DNA of 31,156 nucleotides from a virus: IMG/VR virus record IMGVR_UViG_3300045988_176073; one strand, 5' to 3'. Shown piece by piece: positions 1 to 6,894 of this stretch (position 1 is its first letter; each line of letters starts with the position of its first letter). The notes under the pieces were generated by a model. It saw only the letters and a program-made list of their open reading frames with translations, ran no database searches and was not told where the DNA came from. The position numbers and the translations under genes were made by a program.

Positions 1-119
1 AAGAAGCTAAGGCAAAATGCCTTAACTCCTTACCCCTATTAGGTTTCCCCTGAAATTGTTTAGCGCTTAGTATTGCTTAATATACTGTTCTCTTTCCCAT
101 TCGGATACTTGAGTTCTAT
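1..119. repeat. Left copy of the direct repeat bounding the prophage (att-type duplication). It is identical to 31038..31156. It contains a short hairpin aaggcaaaatgcctt and could encode the C-terminal codons of a - strand host gene.
   Basis: Exact 119-nt identity between window start and window end, read by eye. Repeat length is limited by the window edge. Confidence 0.85.
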
Positions 120-211
120 TTAAGCAAATTGGGTATAATAAGGTTTATTAAATTGTTAAATAGCTTTATATCAACGTTTTTACACTTTATTAATGTATTG
201 TGAATTAATTG

Positions 212-262
212 TAGTTGCCCATTTAGTTGCCCAATATAATAAATTATATACACTGGGCAACT
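212..262. promoter_or_regulatory. Cluster of integrase arm-type repeats: TAGTTGCCCA twice in direct orientation and TGGGCAACTA once inverted.
   Basis: The same 9-10 bp motif recurs three times here and three times next to the other repeat copy (30961..31025). Calling them integrase arm sites is inference. Confidence 0.5.
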
Positions 263-265
263 AAC

Positions 266-312
266 AAGGCTCTATCCCTTATGTAGCAAAAGATAGAGCC
301 TTGTTTTATTTT
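266..312. terminator. Hairpin with an 11-bp stem (aaggctctatc/gatagagcctt) and a 15-nt loop, followed on the + strand by gttttattttt. It is probably a bidirectional terminator or insulator at the prophage edge.
   Basis: Inverted repeat 266-276/292-302 seen directly. A T-run follows on the + strand. The stop codon of the 306..518 gene lies immediately beside the stem. Confidence 0.55.
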
Positions 313-518
313 TCATCACTTTGTTCTAATTCTACTTGATAATTGTAAAGTTTTTCCGCAGTTTCTAGAGTTAAATTTTTGACTTTTCTTTTACCATTTC
401 TTAACTCACTTATGCCCCCATAGGAAATGCCAGTATCTTTTTTAATTTTATAATTCGATATTTCATTATTGTTTAGCAATTTTTCTATAACTGTATATAT
501 ATGATTAAACTGATTCAT
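306..518 (-). CDS. Small XRE-family helix-turn-helix DNA-binding protein, 70 aa.
   Basis: ORF with HTH-like segment ISNYKIKKDTGISYGGISELRNGKRK. The SD is weak. It sits downstream of the two small-peptide ORFs and is followed by a terminator hairpin. Confidence 0.6.
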   Translation of the reverse strand: MNQFNHIYTVIEKLLNNNEISNYKIKKDTGISYGGISELRNGKRKVKNLTLETAEKLYNYQVELEQSDEK

Positions 519-550
519 AAATTAAATAGGAAATGAAAAGAAATATTTTA

Positions 551-640
551 TTATTTTCTTCTTATTATATTAATGATAAACAAAATTAAAGATAATATAT
601 TTATATAAAATGTTAACTTCTTTCTCAATTCTCTTGTCAT
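551..640 (-). CDS. Small hydrophobic peptide of 29 aa (MTRELRKKLTFYINILSLILFIINIIRRK). Basic ends flank a single TM-like core, which is type I toxin-like.
   Basis: ATG preceded by a perfect SD GGAGGTGAGG with 4-8 nt spacing. I translated it by hand from the reverse complement. It is not in the supplied ORF track because it is under 60 aa. Confidence 0.45.
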   Translation of the reverse strand: MTRELRKKLTFYINILSLILFIINIIRRK

Positions 641-662
641 AGACCTCACCTCCATATATAAT
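635..662 (+). promoter_or_regulatory. Near-consensus sigma-A promoter on the + strand, TTGTCA-16 nt-TATAAT. It would drive an RNA antisense to the 35-aa peptide ORF.
   Basis: Hexamers at 635-640 and 657-662 read directly. There is no + strand ORF downstream. It faces the - strand promoter at 828-855. Confidence 0.4.
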
Positions 663-664
663 GA

Positions 665-689
665 GGTAAAGGGCTTTTAACCCTTTACC
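665..689 (-). other. Hairpin ggtaaaggg-cttttaa-ccctttacc (9-bp stem) directly 3' of the 35-aa ORF stop and 5' of the 29-aa ORF SD. It is a putative attenuator or processing structure. An alternative pairing CCUCA/UGAGG could sequester the SD.
   Basis: Inverted repeat seen directly. A moderately U-rich tract follows on the - strand. Confidence 0.4.
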
Positions 690-690
690 A

Positions 691-798
691 TTAAATGAAC
701 GATTTGATAAAATTAAGTATTTGAATTATTAAGCCTGTTATAGCTAATCGATACTTTATTTTTTCAATTCGTTCTTTTTCTTTTTCAATTCTTTTCAT
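691..798 (-). CDS. Small protein of 35 aa (MKRIEKEKERIEKIKYRLAITGLIIQILNFIKSFI). It has a charged N-terminal helix and a hydrophobic C-terminus.
   Basis: ATG 796-798 preceded by AAAGGAGAAGGAA. A -10/-35 promoter with an operator palindrome lies immediately upstream. A hairpin follows the stop. I translated it by hand. Confidence 0.5.
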   Translation of the reverse strand: MKRIEKEKERIEKIKYRLAITGLIIQILNFIKSFI

Positions 799-827
799 TT
801 CCTTCTCCTTTCTTTCTTGATACATAT

Positions 828-855
828 ATTATATCACATATGTGATATAATTCAA
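828..855 (-). promoter_or_regulatory. Near-consensus sigma-A promoter on the - strand (TTGAAT-16 nt-TATAAT). Its spacer and -10 are occupied by a perfect 20-bp palindrome, TATATCACATATGTGATATA (830..849), which is a putative operator.
   Basis: Hexamers and the perfect palindrome seen directly. The SD and ATG of the 35-aa ORF lie about 30 nt downstream. Confidence 0.55.
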
Positions 856-870
856 CTGTTTTTCTTAATT

Positions 871-904
871 TTTTTATAAAAAAACCATACCTCCTAGGTA
901 TGGT
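871..904 (-). terminator. Rho-independent terminator of the kinase-like operon. Stem accatacc/ggtatggt with a 5-nt loop, followed on the - strand by TTTTTTT.
   Basis: Inverted repeat 884-891/897-904. An A-run 871-883 on the + strand gives a T-run on the - strand. It lies immediately after the stop at 908. Confidence 0.75.
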
Positions 905-907
905 GTA

Positions 908-1645
908 TTAATTCTTAATTAAATCATGCTCATTTTTTAATTGAACTTTAGCTTCAAATTTATTGATGAATTCTTTCAAAAGTTTTTCTTCTTCTACCAT
1001 ATCATCCTCAAGAATTAAAATCAGATTTTTTTCGTTCATAATTGAATATAGAATATAAGATCTCGCATTATGAATAGTTGTATTATTTTTATTTAAAAAT
1101 TTAAAAAGGAACTCTTTATTTTCAATATCCTTAGCAACAAAATCTGGAGTAAATTTATCTAATGAATTCTTGCCACTTACGACATGCTTAGAAGTTATAT
1201 CTTTATATCGTCCTTCTAAATAAGTCATTACATACTTTCTTTTTTCATTTACATTTAATCTTTCCTTTTTATTCAACCCAAGATGTAAAATGTATTTATA
1301 AGTTTTATTAATAAAATCATTAACTTCATTAATGGAACTAAATGTTCTATATTCAATATCTTCAAAATAAAAATTATTAACAAATCTTTTTATATAATTC
1401 TGAAGCGATTGATTAGTATGTTCGAATTCAAATTTTAATCCATCTAAAAACATATTAATAAATTCTAAATCTTCAAGTTCATCATCAAAAGAAACAATTT
1501 TTTTTCTTTGAGTTATAAATTTAACTTCATTTTTATGATAGCTTTCTCCTACTACCTCAAAAGCAACACCTATAGCTAGATTACTTCTTAAATATATATC
1601 TGGATAGTAACTTAACACTGAATAATTCACTTTAAACATAGTCAA
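908..1645 (-). CDS. Uncharacterised partner protein of about 243 aa. The likely ATG is at 1637-1639. It is translationally coupled to the upstream kinase-like gene. I recognise no confident domain; there is a loose resemblance to a DUF of the YSVLxYxPD type.
   Basis: The ORF's AAGGAG SD lies inside the last codons of the upstream gene, 9 nt before the ATG. A terminator follows immediately. The operon occupies the accessory (moron) position. Confidence 0.8.
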   Translation of the reverse strand: MTMFKVNYSVLSYYPDIYLRSNLAIGVAFEVVGESYHKNEVKFITQRKKIVSFDDELEDLEFINMFLDGLKFEFEHTNQSLQNYIKRFVNNFYFEDIEYRTFSSINEVNDFINKTYKYILHLGLNKKERLNVNEKRKYVMTYLEGRYKDITSKHVVSGKNSLDKFTPDFVAKDIENKEFLFKFLNKNNTTIHNARSYILYSIMNEKNLILILEDDMVEEEKLLKEFINKFEAKVQLKNEHDLIKN

Positions 1646-2419
1646 TCACTCCTTTCCTATTTTTTCTATTATAAATTTAATAGCTTCATCAAAATTCTCG
1701 GTAATGTATATAAAGTACTTGTATAGTTGTTGTATATTTTCCTCAGAAAGATTATTTTTTAAATAAATAGGAATTTTAGAAATAATACTTTCAATATCAA
1801 CATCATTAACTTTATCAACAAAAGTTCTACCACAATCTTCAATTATTGATGTTTCAATTTTTCTATTTTCAAGTAAATATTGATAATATCCAGAACTAAA
1901 CATATCCTTAATTATATCCTCTATACTATAATCATCATTTTTAAGTACATCTGGCCAAATACATCCACCTGGTAAAATATGAGTATAATCAATAGGATAT
2001 AATTTTTTAGGGATTTCTATTAATAAATTACCTAAATTTCTATCTTTATTGTAAATAAAGATATCAAATAGAAGCAAATTGACAATTTCACTCTTTTGAA
2101 CAAAAGATGTCATGCTGGGCGAAGTAATTGTTAATGATTTTTCTAACCAAGTTGTGTAAGTGAACAAACTACTATGTACGTAATCTTTCCCATTTTTCAC
2201 TGCCGTATCTTCTTTGCTAAACAATGCATATCCAAAATGGGGATGTCTTATACCAAAAAATTCAGCTAAATTATAGCCTAATAATTCATTAAATAACGCA
2301 ATAAATCCTTCGTTATTGTGTATGTACTTTGCAACAACTTTTTTATCATCTATATATCCTCGAATAGGATCGGTTACTCCATTCCCCACATCCTCAGTGA
2401 TTTCTGAAATAATTTCCAA
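1646..2419 (-). CDS. Protein-kinase-like fold protein of the APH/choline-kinase/ePK-like superfamily, 257 aa. It starts with TTG.
   Basis: Catalytic-loop-like NKDRNLGNLLI (compare HGDlhpgNil/HRDLKPENI). A downstream IDYTH matches the IDWE/DFG position. N-terminal VGNGVTDP plus VVAKY resemble a Gly-loop plus beta-3 Lys. I assigned these by eye, with no database search. Own promoter; it is the first gene of a two-gene operon. Confidence 0.5.
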   Translation of the reverse strand: MEIISEITEDVGNGVTDPIRGYIDDKKVVAKYIHNNEGFIALFNELLGYNLAEFFGIRHPHFGYALFSKEDTAVKNGKDYVHSSLFTYTTWLEKSLTITSPSMTSFVQKSEIVNLLLFDIFIYNKDRNLGNLLIEIPKKLYPIDYTHILPGGCIWPDVLKNDDYSIEDIIKDMFSSGYYQYLLENRKIETSIIEDCGRTFVDKVNDVDIESIISKIPIYLKNNLSEENIQQLYKYFIYITENFDEAIKFIIEKIGKE

Positions 2420-2480
2420 CTTGTACCCCTGCCTCTATTATACTCAAAATTAATTACATTATACTCTAACTTTAATATGC
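2420..2480 (-). promoter_or_regulatory. Putative promoter region for the kinase-like operon. Two TATAAT boxes on the - strand (gagTATAATagagg and agagTATAATgtaat) lie upstream of an aggggt SD and the TTG start.
   Basis: -10 hexamers read on the reverse complement. The -35 elements are weak. It lies downstream of the endolysin terminator, so the operon is an independent transcription unit. Confidence 0.4.
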
Positions 2481-2560
2481 TGTGAACCACTATTTAAATC
2501 ACTATCTTTAAATTTGTTTCAGATAGATATAAAACACTAATCATATAATTACATTTAAAC

Positions 2561-2595
2561 ACAAAAAAGGGTAACCAAAAAATGGCTACCCTTTT
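2561..2595. terminator. Terminator of the lysis cassette. Stem gggtaacc/ggctaccc (one G-U pair), 7-nt loop, with U-runs on both sides, so it is likely bidirectional.
   Basis: Inverted repeat 2569-2576/2584-2591. AAAAAA 2563-2568 and TTTT 2592-2595. It abuts the endolysin stop at 2598. Confidence 0.7.
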
Positions 2596-2597
2596 AA

Positions 2598-3515
2598 TTA
2601 TTTATATTTTTCTTCTACTTCAATAGTATGCTTGTGCACCCACCCATTATTACTAGGCGAATATGTTCGACACCAAATATTTCCTTGTGGATCTTGAATT
2701 TCTTCAAAAATATAAACTTCTGTACCCGCTTCAAGTACATCAATTTCTTTTGCAAAACTAAAGTTATCAAAGCTACTTCCGGCACGTTCACGTAATGAAG
2801 CATCGTATTTAATCTTACCTTTATAATAAGCATCTTCTGACCATACTTTTACACGTGTACATCCAACTGGTTTCTTTTCAATAATTTCGTCTTGTTCTTC
2901 AGGTTGATTCACAATTGTTTCTGTATCAACATCTTCGCTATCAATATAACGTTGCACTAGATTATCAATCACATCAATTTCATCACGTCCATAACCACAT
3001 GCTTCCAGTGCATTACCTGGATCACGTTTATCATCTTGAATATCTTGATGACCTGGTGCTTTATTATAGTGATCGATATTCCATGAAGGACACAGTACTG
3101 CATACACTCTAGCAAAGTTATCAAGTGCTTTTAATGATCGTTCTCTATCATCTTCAAAATAACATAGCTCGCCACCAAAAGCAGCGTCATTGGCATCATC
3201 ACCAAAATAATAATTGTCTGTTGGCGTATCATAAATAACGTGCCATGCTTTTTCGTCTAATGGCACACAAATAATACATTCTTTATCATCTACAAAGAAA
3301 TGAGCCGAAGCGGTAGTAGCCCAATCTATATCATAAGTATTTTTATAATAGTCAACGTTTTGTTGTGCTGTACTTCCAGGATTACCTGTGTCATGATATA
3401 CCGCAAAAATTGGGCTACCAGTGTCTAAAGATTGCCCTGTACGTCTCGTTCCATATGGTAAAAAGTCGGTATACACTGGTACGCCATTCCATTCACCCAA
3501 ATATTCTTTTGACAT
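2598..3515 (-). CDS. Endolysin: N-terminal N-acetylmuramoyl-L-alanine amidase (amidase_2/PGRP type) plus a C-terminal SH3b-like cell-wall-binding domain.
   Basis: 305-aa ORF directly after the holin. The N-terminal half resembles amidase_2 (AHFFVDDKECIICVPLDEKAWH). The C-terminus is an SH3-like beta-rich tail. Confidence 0.85.
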   Translation of the reverse strand: MSKEYLGEWNGVPVYTDFLPYGTRRTGQSLDTGSPIFAVYHDTGNPGSTAQQNVDYYKNTYDIDWATTASAHFFVDDKECIICVPLDEKAWHVIYDTPTDNYYFGDDANDAAFGGELCYFEDDRERSLKALDNFARVYAVLCPSWNIDHYNKAPGHQDIQDDKRDPGNALEACGYGRDEIDVIDNLVQRYIDSEDVDTETIVNQPEEQDEIIEKKPVGCTRVKVWSEDAYYKGKIKYDASLRERAGSSFDNFSFAKEIDVLEAGTEVYIFEEIQDPQGNIWCRTYSPSNNGWVHKHTIEVEEKYK

Positions 3516-3554
3516 AATTAATCAACTCCAATAAAATTAATCTATAAAAACGAC

Positions 3555-3950
3555 TTATTTAGTCGCATTGTTATCTTTACTAAAAATATTTAACCTTTTT
3601 GTTATTTGATCCGGTATCGGCACACCCAAGATTGCAGCATTCTCAATAATACTAGTTGCTTCTGATAAAATTAAAAAGATAACTGAACCATTAACTAAAA
3701 TTCCGTCTAATTGAAATACTATATCCAATGTATTAGCTACTAGCACAACGCATAGATAAGCTATTTTTTTTATATATCCAGTTATTGCTTTGTGACTCCA
3801 TAACTTTCCTTCTGAAAATGCCTTTAATATTCCCGTAACTATATCAATTAAAATCATAATTAAAAGTAAATCAATAAAAACTGAATTACCTGAATATATT
3901 AGACTCATAAAATCGTCTACTTCTGTATTATAATTTTGTACTGTTCCCAA
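3555..3950 (-). CDS. Holin (phage_holin_4_1/TcdE-like family).
   Basis: 131 aa with several TM segments (FIDLLLIMILIDIVTGILKAF). It lies immediately upstream of the endolysin. Confidence 0.75.
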   Translation of the reverse strand: MGTVQNYNTEVDDFMSLIYSGNSVFIDLLLIMILIDIVTGILKAFSEGKLWSHKAITGYIKKIAYLCVVLVANTLDIVFQLDGILVNGSVIFLILSEATSIIENAAILGVPIPDQITKRLNIFSKDNNATK

Positions 3951-3973
3951 TTTTATTCACTCTCTTTCGATTG

Positions 3974-5251
3974 TTAATATATACCATAAATTGCAGTTAT
4001 AATTGCATCTGAATTAGTAGCAATTGCATTATCAGTAGAGGTTAAAGTTTTTAATATTTGAATATGTCTCTCGTCTTTCACAGATAGTGAAATCTCGTCT
4101 AAGTATCCGTTTTTAAATTCATCATTTAACGCTCTCATACCAATGTTATTCAAATAAACTGTTTGCCCTATATCTGGTACTGTAATAAATTGAGTAGCAA
4201 GACGATTAGTGAAAAAGACTAATTTAATAATTAACTGGCCGTAATTCTGTATTTTATCTTTTAATTCAAGAGTATTTCCTCTTTGACCTCTACCTTTCCA
4301 TAAAAGAATTGGTAGAGATGATTTCCATCGATCATATAATTGCCCTCTATATTTTTCAATTGATAACCCTGAACCTAATATAGTCAAAATACCGTTCCCA
4401 TCATCCTGCATAATAGCTTGTATAATTCCTGTTGTATTGTTGCCATTTCTAACTGGCATTCCTTGAGTGGTAGAATCGAAATAATAATAACCTGTACTAG
4501 TAATATTTGCTGGGTTATCTAGAACTCCTTCTCTAACTCCAGCATCTAATTTCTTACTAACTAAATCTCTAATATTTTGAGTTAAATTCTGTTTGGTTGT
4601 TATTAGTGATGATGAAAAATCTGAAACTTGCTCAGTAAGTTGATTAATTTGATTATTCAATTCACTTTTAGTTACTAATTGATTGCTTCCAATAGATGAT
4701 TTAAGCGATTTAATTTGTAAATCCAGCATATTTGCTGTATCAACTAAATTTTGAACTTTATTCTTTGTACCATCAGCAGAATTATTTATTTCTTTTATAC
4801 CAGCTTCAACTGTTTTTCTTAATCTCTCTAACTCTTTTTGATATTCAGTAAAATAGCTTTCTGAATTAATGCCAAATTCTACTTTATTTTTTAATACTCG
4901 CATTTGGACTTCAATTGTAGAATCAGTTTGCTCCCCTCTCTTTAATTTAAAGAAAGCTTGTTGATAATCACCTTCTGCAGTACTAGCTTGTTGCGGTAAT
5001 ATATACCTAAAAATACCTCCCTTTGCATTTAATACAATACCACCAGTCGTATCAATAATACGTTCACCATCTGGTTTTACTCCTTCAAAAATTGGTGTTA
5101 AGTCCGTAATATTATATGGTGTTCCATTAGATGTAACTGAAATTGTAATAGCTTTAAGCCCTCCGTCTCCAACCCTACTAACAATATATTGTTGCTTTTC
5201 TTGTTGATTACCTAATTTTGTAATATCAAATGATAGTTCTTGATTAGCCAT
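3974..5251 (-). CDS. Baseplate upper protein (BppU-like) or tail fibre, with a central coiled coil and a C-terminal receptor-binding-type domain.
   Basis: 425 aa. The N-terminus (MANQELSFDITKLG ... GGLKAITISVTS) is typical of siphophage BppU N-domains. The middle is heptad-rich. Confidence 0.6.
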   Translation of the reverse strand: MANQELSFDITKLGNQQEKQQYIVSRVGDGGLKAITISVTSNGTPYNITDLTPIFEGVKPDGERIIDTTGGIVLNAKGGIFRYILPQQASTAEGDYQQAFFKLKRGEQTDSTIEVQMRVLKNKVEFGINSESYFTEYQKELERLRKTVEAGIKEINNSADGTKNKVQNLVDTANMLDLQIKSLKSSIGSNQLVTKSELNNQINQLTEQVSDFSSSLITTKQNLTQNIRDLVSKKLDAGVREGVLDNPANITSTGYYYFDSTTQGMPVRNGNNTTGIIQAIMQDDGNGILTILGSGLSIEKYRGQLYDRWKSSLPILLWKGRGQRGNTLELKDKIQNYGQLIIKLVFFTNRLATQFITVPDIGQTVYLNNIGMRALNDEFKNGYLDEISLSVKDERHIQILKTLTSTDNAIATNSDAIITAIYGIY

Positions 5252-5268
5252 TTATTATTTCTCCCCTC

Positions 5269-6285
5269 TTAACCATAAAAGTAATAATAGTTTTTTAATA
5301 ACTCATAGGTAATAACTTCGTGTACTAATTCATTCGGATGTAAGCCATCAACCATGCATTTATTTCTAAAAGCAGGATTGTATGAGTCAATAATATTTGA
5401 ATGATATGCATCAAAAACTGGTATTTTTAATTCTGTGCAAGCTAGTATTTGAGCATTTACATAATCCTCCAAAGTTAAGCCTAATGAATTTTTATCAGTG
5501 TCTTTTCTTCTAATTTGATTGCCATTAACAGGTAACTGACGTGTGGCAGTCATACATATAATTTTTACGCCTTTATTTTGTAATCTGATAAGCTTTATAA
5601 TTTGATAAAAAGCTCCATAAAAAGTAGATATATCGGTTTTATCTTTTCCAATTTTCACACCGTTACCATAGAGCCAATCATCATCTGTGCCTTGTATTAT
5701 GACTAAATCAGCATTTTGTATTTGATTAGCTTGTTTATATATATTGTTATTACTAGCTGTAGAAAAAGTTGCACCACTAACAGCAAAATTATTCACTGGT
5801 ATATTTAATTTCTCAGATAAATATTGGCCATAATTCTTTTTGGCATGTAAACCACGTGCTACAGAATCACCAATACAATAAATATTTCTAACTTGTTTAA
5901 TTGTTTGTGAAAGTTTTGAATAATCATATACTAATGTACCGTTTTGAGTTACTACTAAATTACTATATTTATCTTTTTTAATAATATTATTTATATCCGC
6001 ATCAATACGCTGCGACAGTGTCTCATGTTTTACACCAGTTAAATCAATTTTACTTTTAGATACTTCTTCAGTAACTTCTAAAGGTGACATCTCTGGCATA
6101 ACAATTGCTCTTATTTCTTTTTCTAAAGCATTTTTAAACTCACTTAATTCCTTTCTTTCTTGAGTACTTAAATCTTTATATCCAAATACTTTATTAAACG
6201 TATCTTCAATTATCTTTAAATTTTCTATCATTTGACGTCTAAATGTGACACCGTCTGAATCAATAAGACTTTTATTTAAATTCAT
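5269..6285 (-). CDS. Tail or baseplate protein with a C-terminal SGNH/GDSL hydrolase (esterase) domain.
   Basis: GDS block IYCIGDSVARG and catalytic DxxH block VDGLHPNELVHE. It lies in the tail-tip gene cluster. Confidence 0.7.
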   Translation of the reverse strand: MNLNKSLIDSDGVTFRRQMIENLKIIEDTFNKVFGYKDLSTQERKELSEFKNALEKEIRAIVMPEMSPLEVTEEVSKSKIDLTGVKHETLSQRIDADINNIIKKDKYSNLVVTQNGTLVYDYSKLSQTIKQVRNIYCIGDSVARGLHAKKNYGQYLSEKLNIPVNNFAVSGATFSTASNNNIYKQANQIQNADLVIIQGTDDDWLYGNGVKIGKDKTDISTFYGAFYQIIKLIRLQNKGVKIICMTATRQLPVNGNQIRRKDTDKNSLGLTLEDYVNAQILACTELKIPVFDAYHSNIIDSYNPAFRNKCMVDGLHPNELVHEVITYELLKNYYYFYG

Positions 6286-6297
6286 AAATCAATCACC

Positions 6298-6894
6298 TCA
6301 GTATTCTAAAATTTCATGTAATCGAATCTTATTAGCATTGTTTCTAAAATTATCATCTGTACCCTTAATTAATTGATCACTCACCACTACAGTTTTAGTA
6401 CATGTTTGTCCAGAAGAATTTATAGATATGACTTCAGTCACTTTTGCATTTCTATGCAATTGAACATGTGATTTAGGTAAGTATTGGTAATGATATAAAT
6501 CATCAGATTCATCTAAACGCCAAACTAAAATAATTCCGTTATTACAAGATGAAATACTTTTGTTTAAATTAACCGTCTGTTGATTACTTGGCCATAAATT
6601 AATATCTTGTTTAATTAAAGTATTATTTGTTGAAACATTGCTTAACCTTGTTGAGTATTCATTTGAATTTGTTTTTAATTTATCTAAACGTTTTTTATCT
6701 TCGGCTGACATTAAACCTGCTTTTTCTGAAGTTGCTACTGTCAGATTGTCTTGCGAAAAACTATTTAACTTTTGTTTTTCTTCAGGTGTTAAAAGTAAAT
6801 TTTTATCGAAACCATCAATAACATCAATGTGTGTTCTAACATAAACTTCTTCCCCATCATAAGTTAATGTTCTAGCTTTAGTAATTTGAGTCAT
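6298..6894 (-). CDS. Tail fibre or baseplate component (hypothetical structural protein).
   Basis: 198-aa ORF with an aggaagtg SD, in the tail-tip cluster. It carries an N-terminal GLMSAEDKKRLDKL motif shared with the upstream 73-aa ORF. Confidence 0.55.
   Translation of the reverse strand: MTQITKARTLTYDGEEVYVRTHIDVIDGFDKNLLLTPEEKQKLNSFSQDNLTVATSEKAGLMSAEDKKRLDKLKTNSNEYSTRLSNVSTNNTLIKQDINLWPSNQQTVNLNKSISSCNNGIILVWRLDESDDLYHYQYLPKSHVQLHRNAKVTEVISINSSGQTCTKTVVVSDQLIKGTDDNFRNNANKIRLHEILEY

Noticed and set aside
1-119. Possible tRNA or tmRNA 3' end as the integration target inside the repeat
   Set aside because: I could not fold a cloverleaf or acceptor/T-arm. The repeat reads better as the C-terminal codons plus terminator of a protein-coding gene. 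The question is left open for a BLAST check.
128-140. TATAAT at 134-139, considered as an outward or inward promoter at the att edge
   Set aside because: The upstream triplet is GGG rather than TGn, and there is no acceptable -35 at 16-18 bp. It is too weak to call.
1646-2419. HipA-family assignment for the kinase-like protein
   Set aside because: The D-x-N-x-G-N spacing could also fit HipA DxHxKN. However, the Gly-loop plus VAK-type lysine and the IDYTH/IDWE-like second motif fit an APH/ChoK/ePK-like fold better. The size (257 aa) is also too small for a canonical HipA.
2615-3112. ORFs 2615..2833 (-) and 2915..3112 (+) inside the endolysin gene
   Set aside because: They are fully nested in a well-supported CDS. 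They have low-complexity His/Tyr/Leu-rich translations and no SD. They are shadow ORFs of an AT-rich genome.
6627-6844. + strand ORFs 6627..6821 and 6638..6844
   Set aside because: They overlap the tail-fibre gene on the opposite strand, have a Leu/Phe-rich composition and no RBS.
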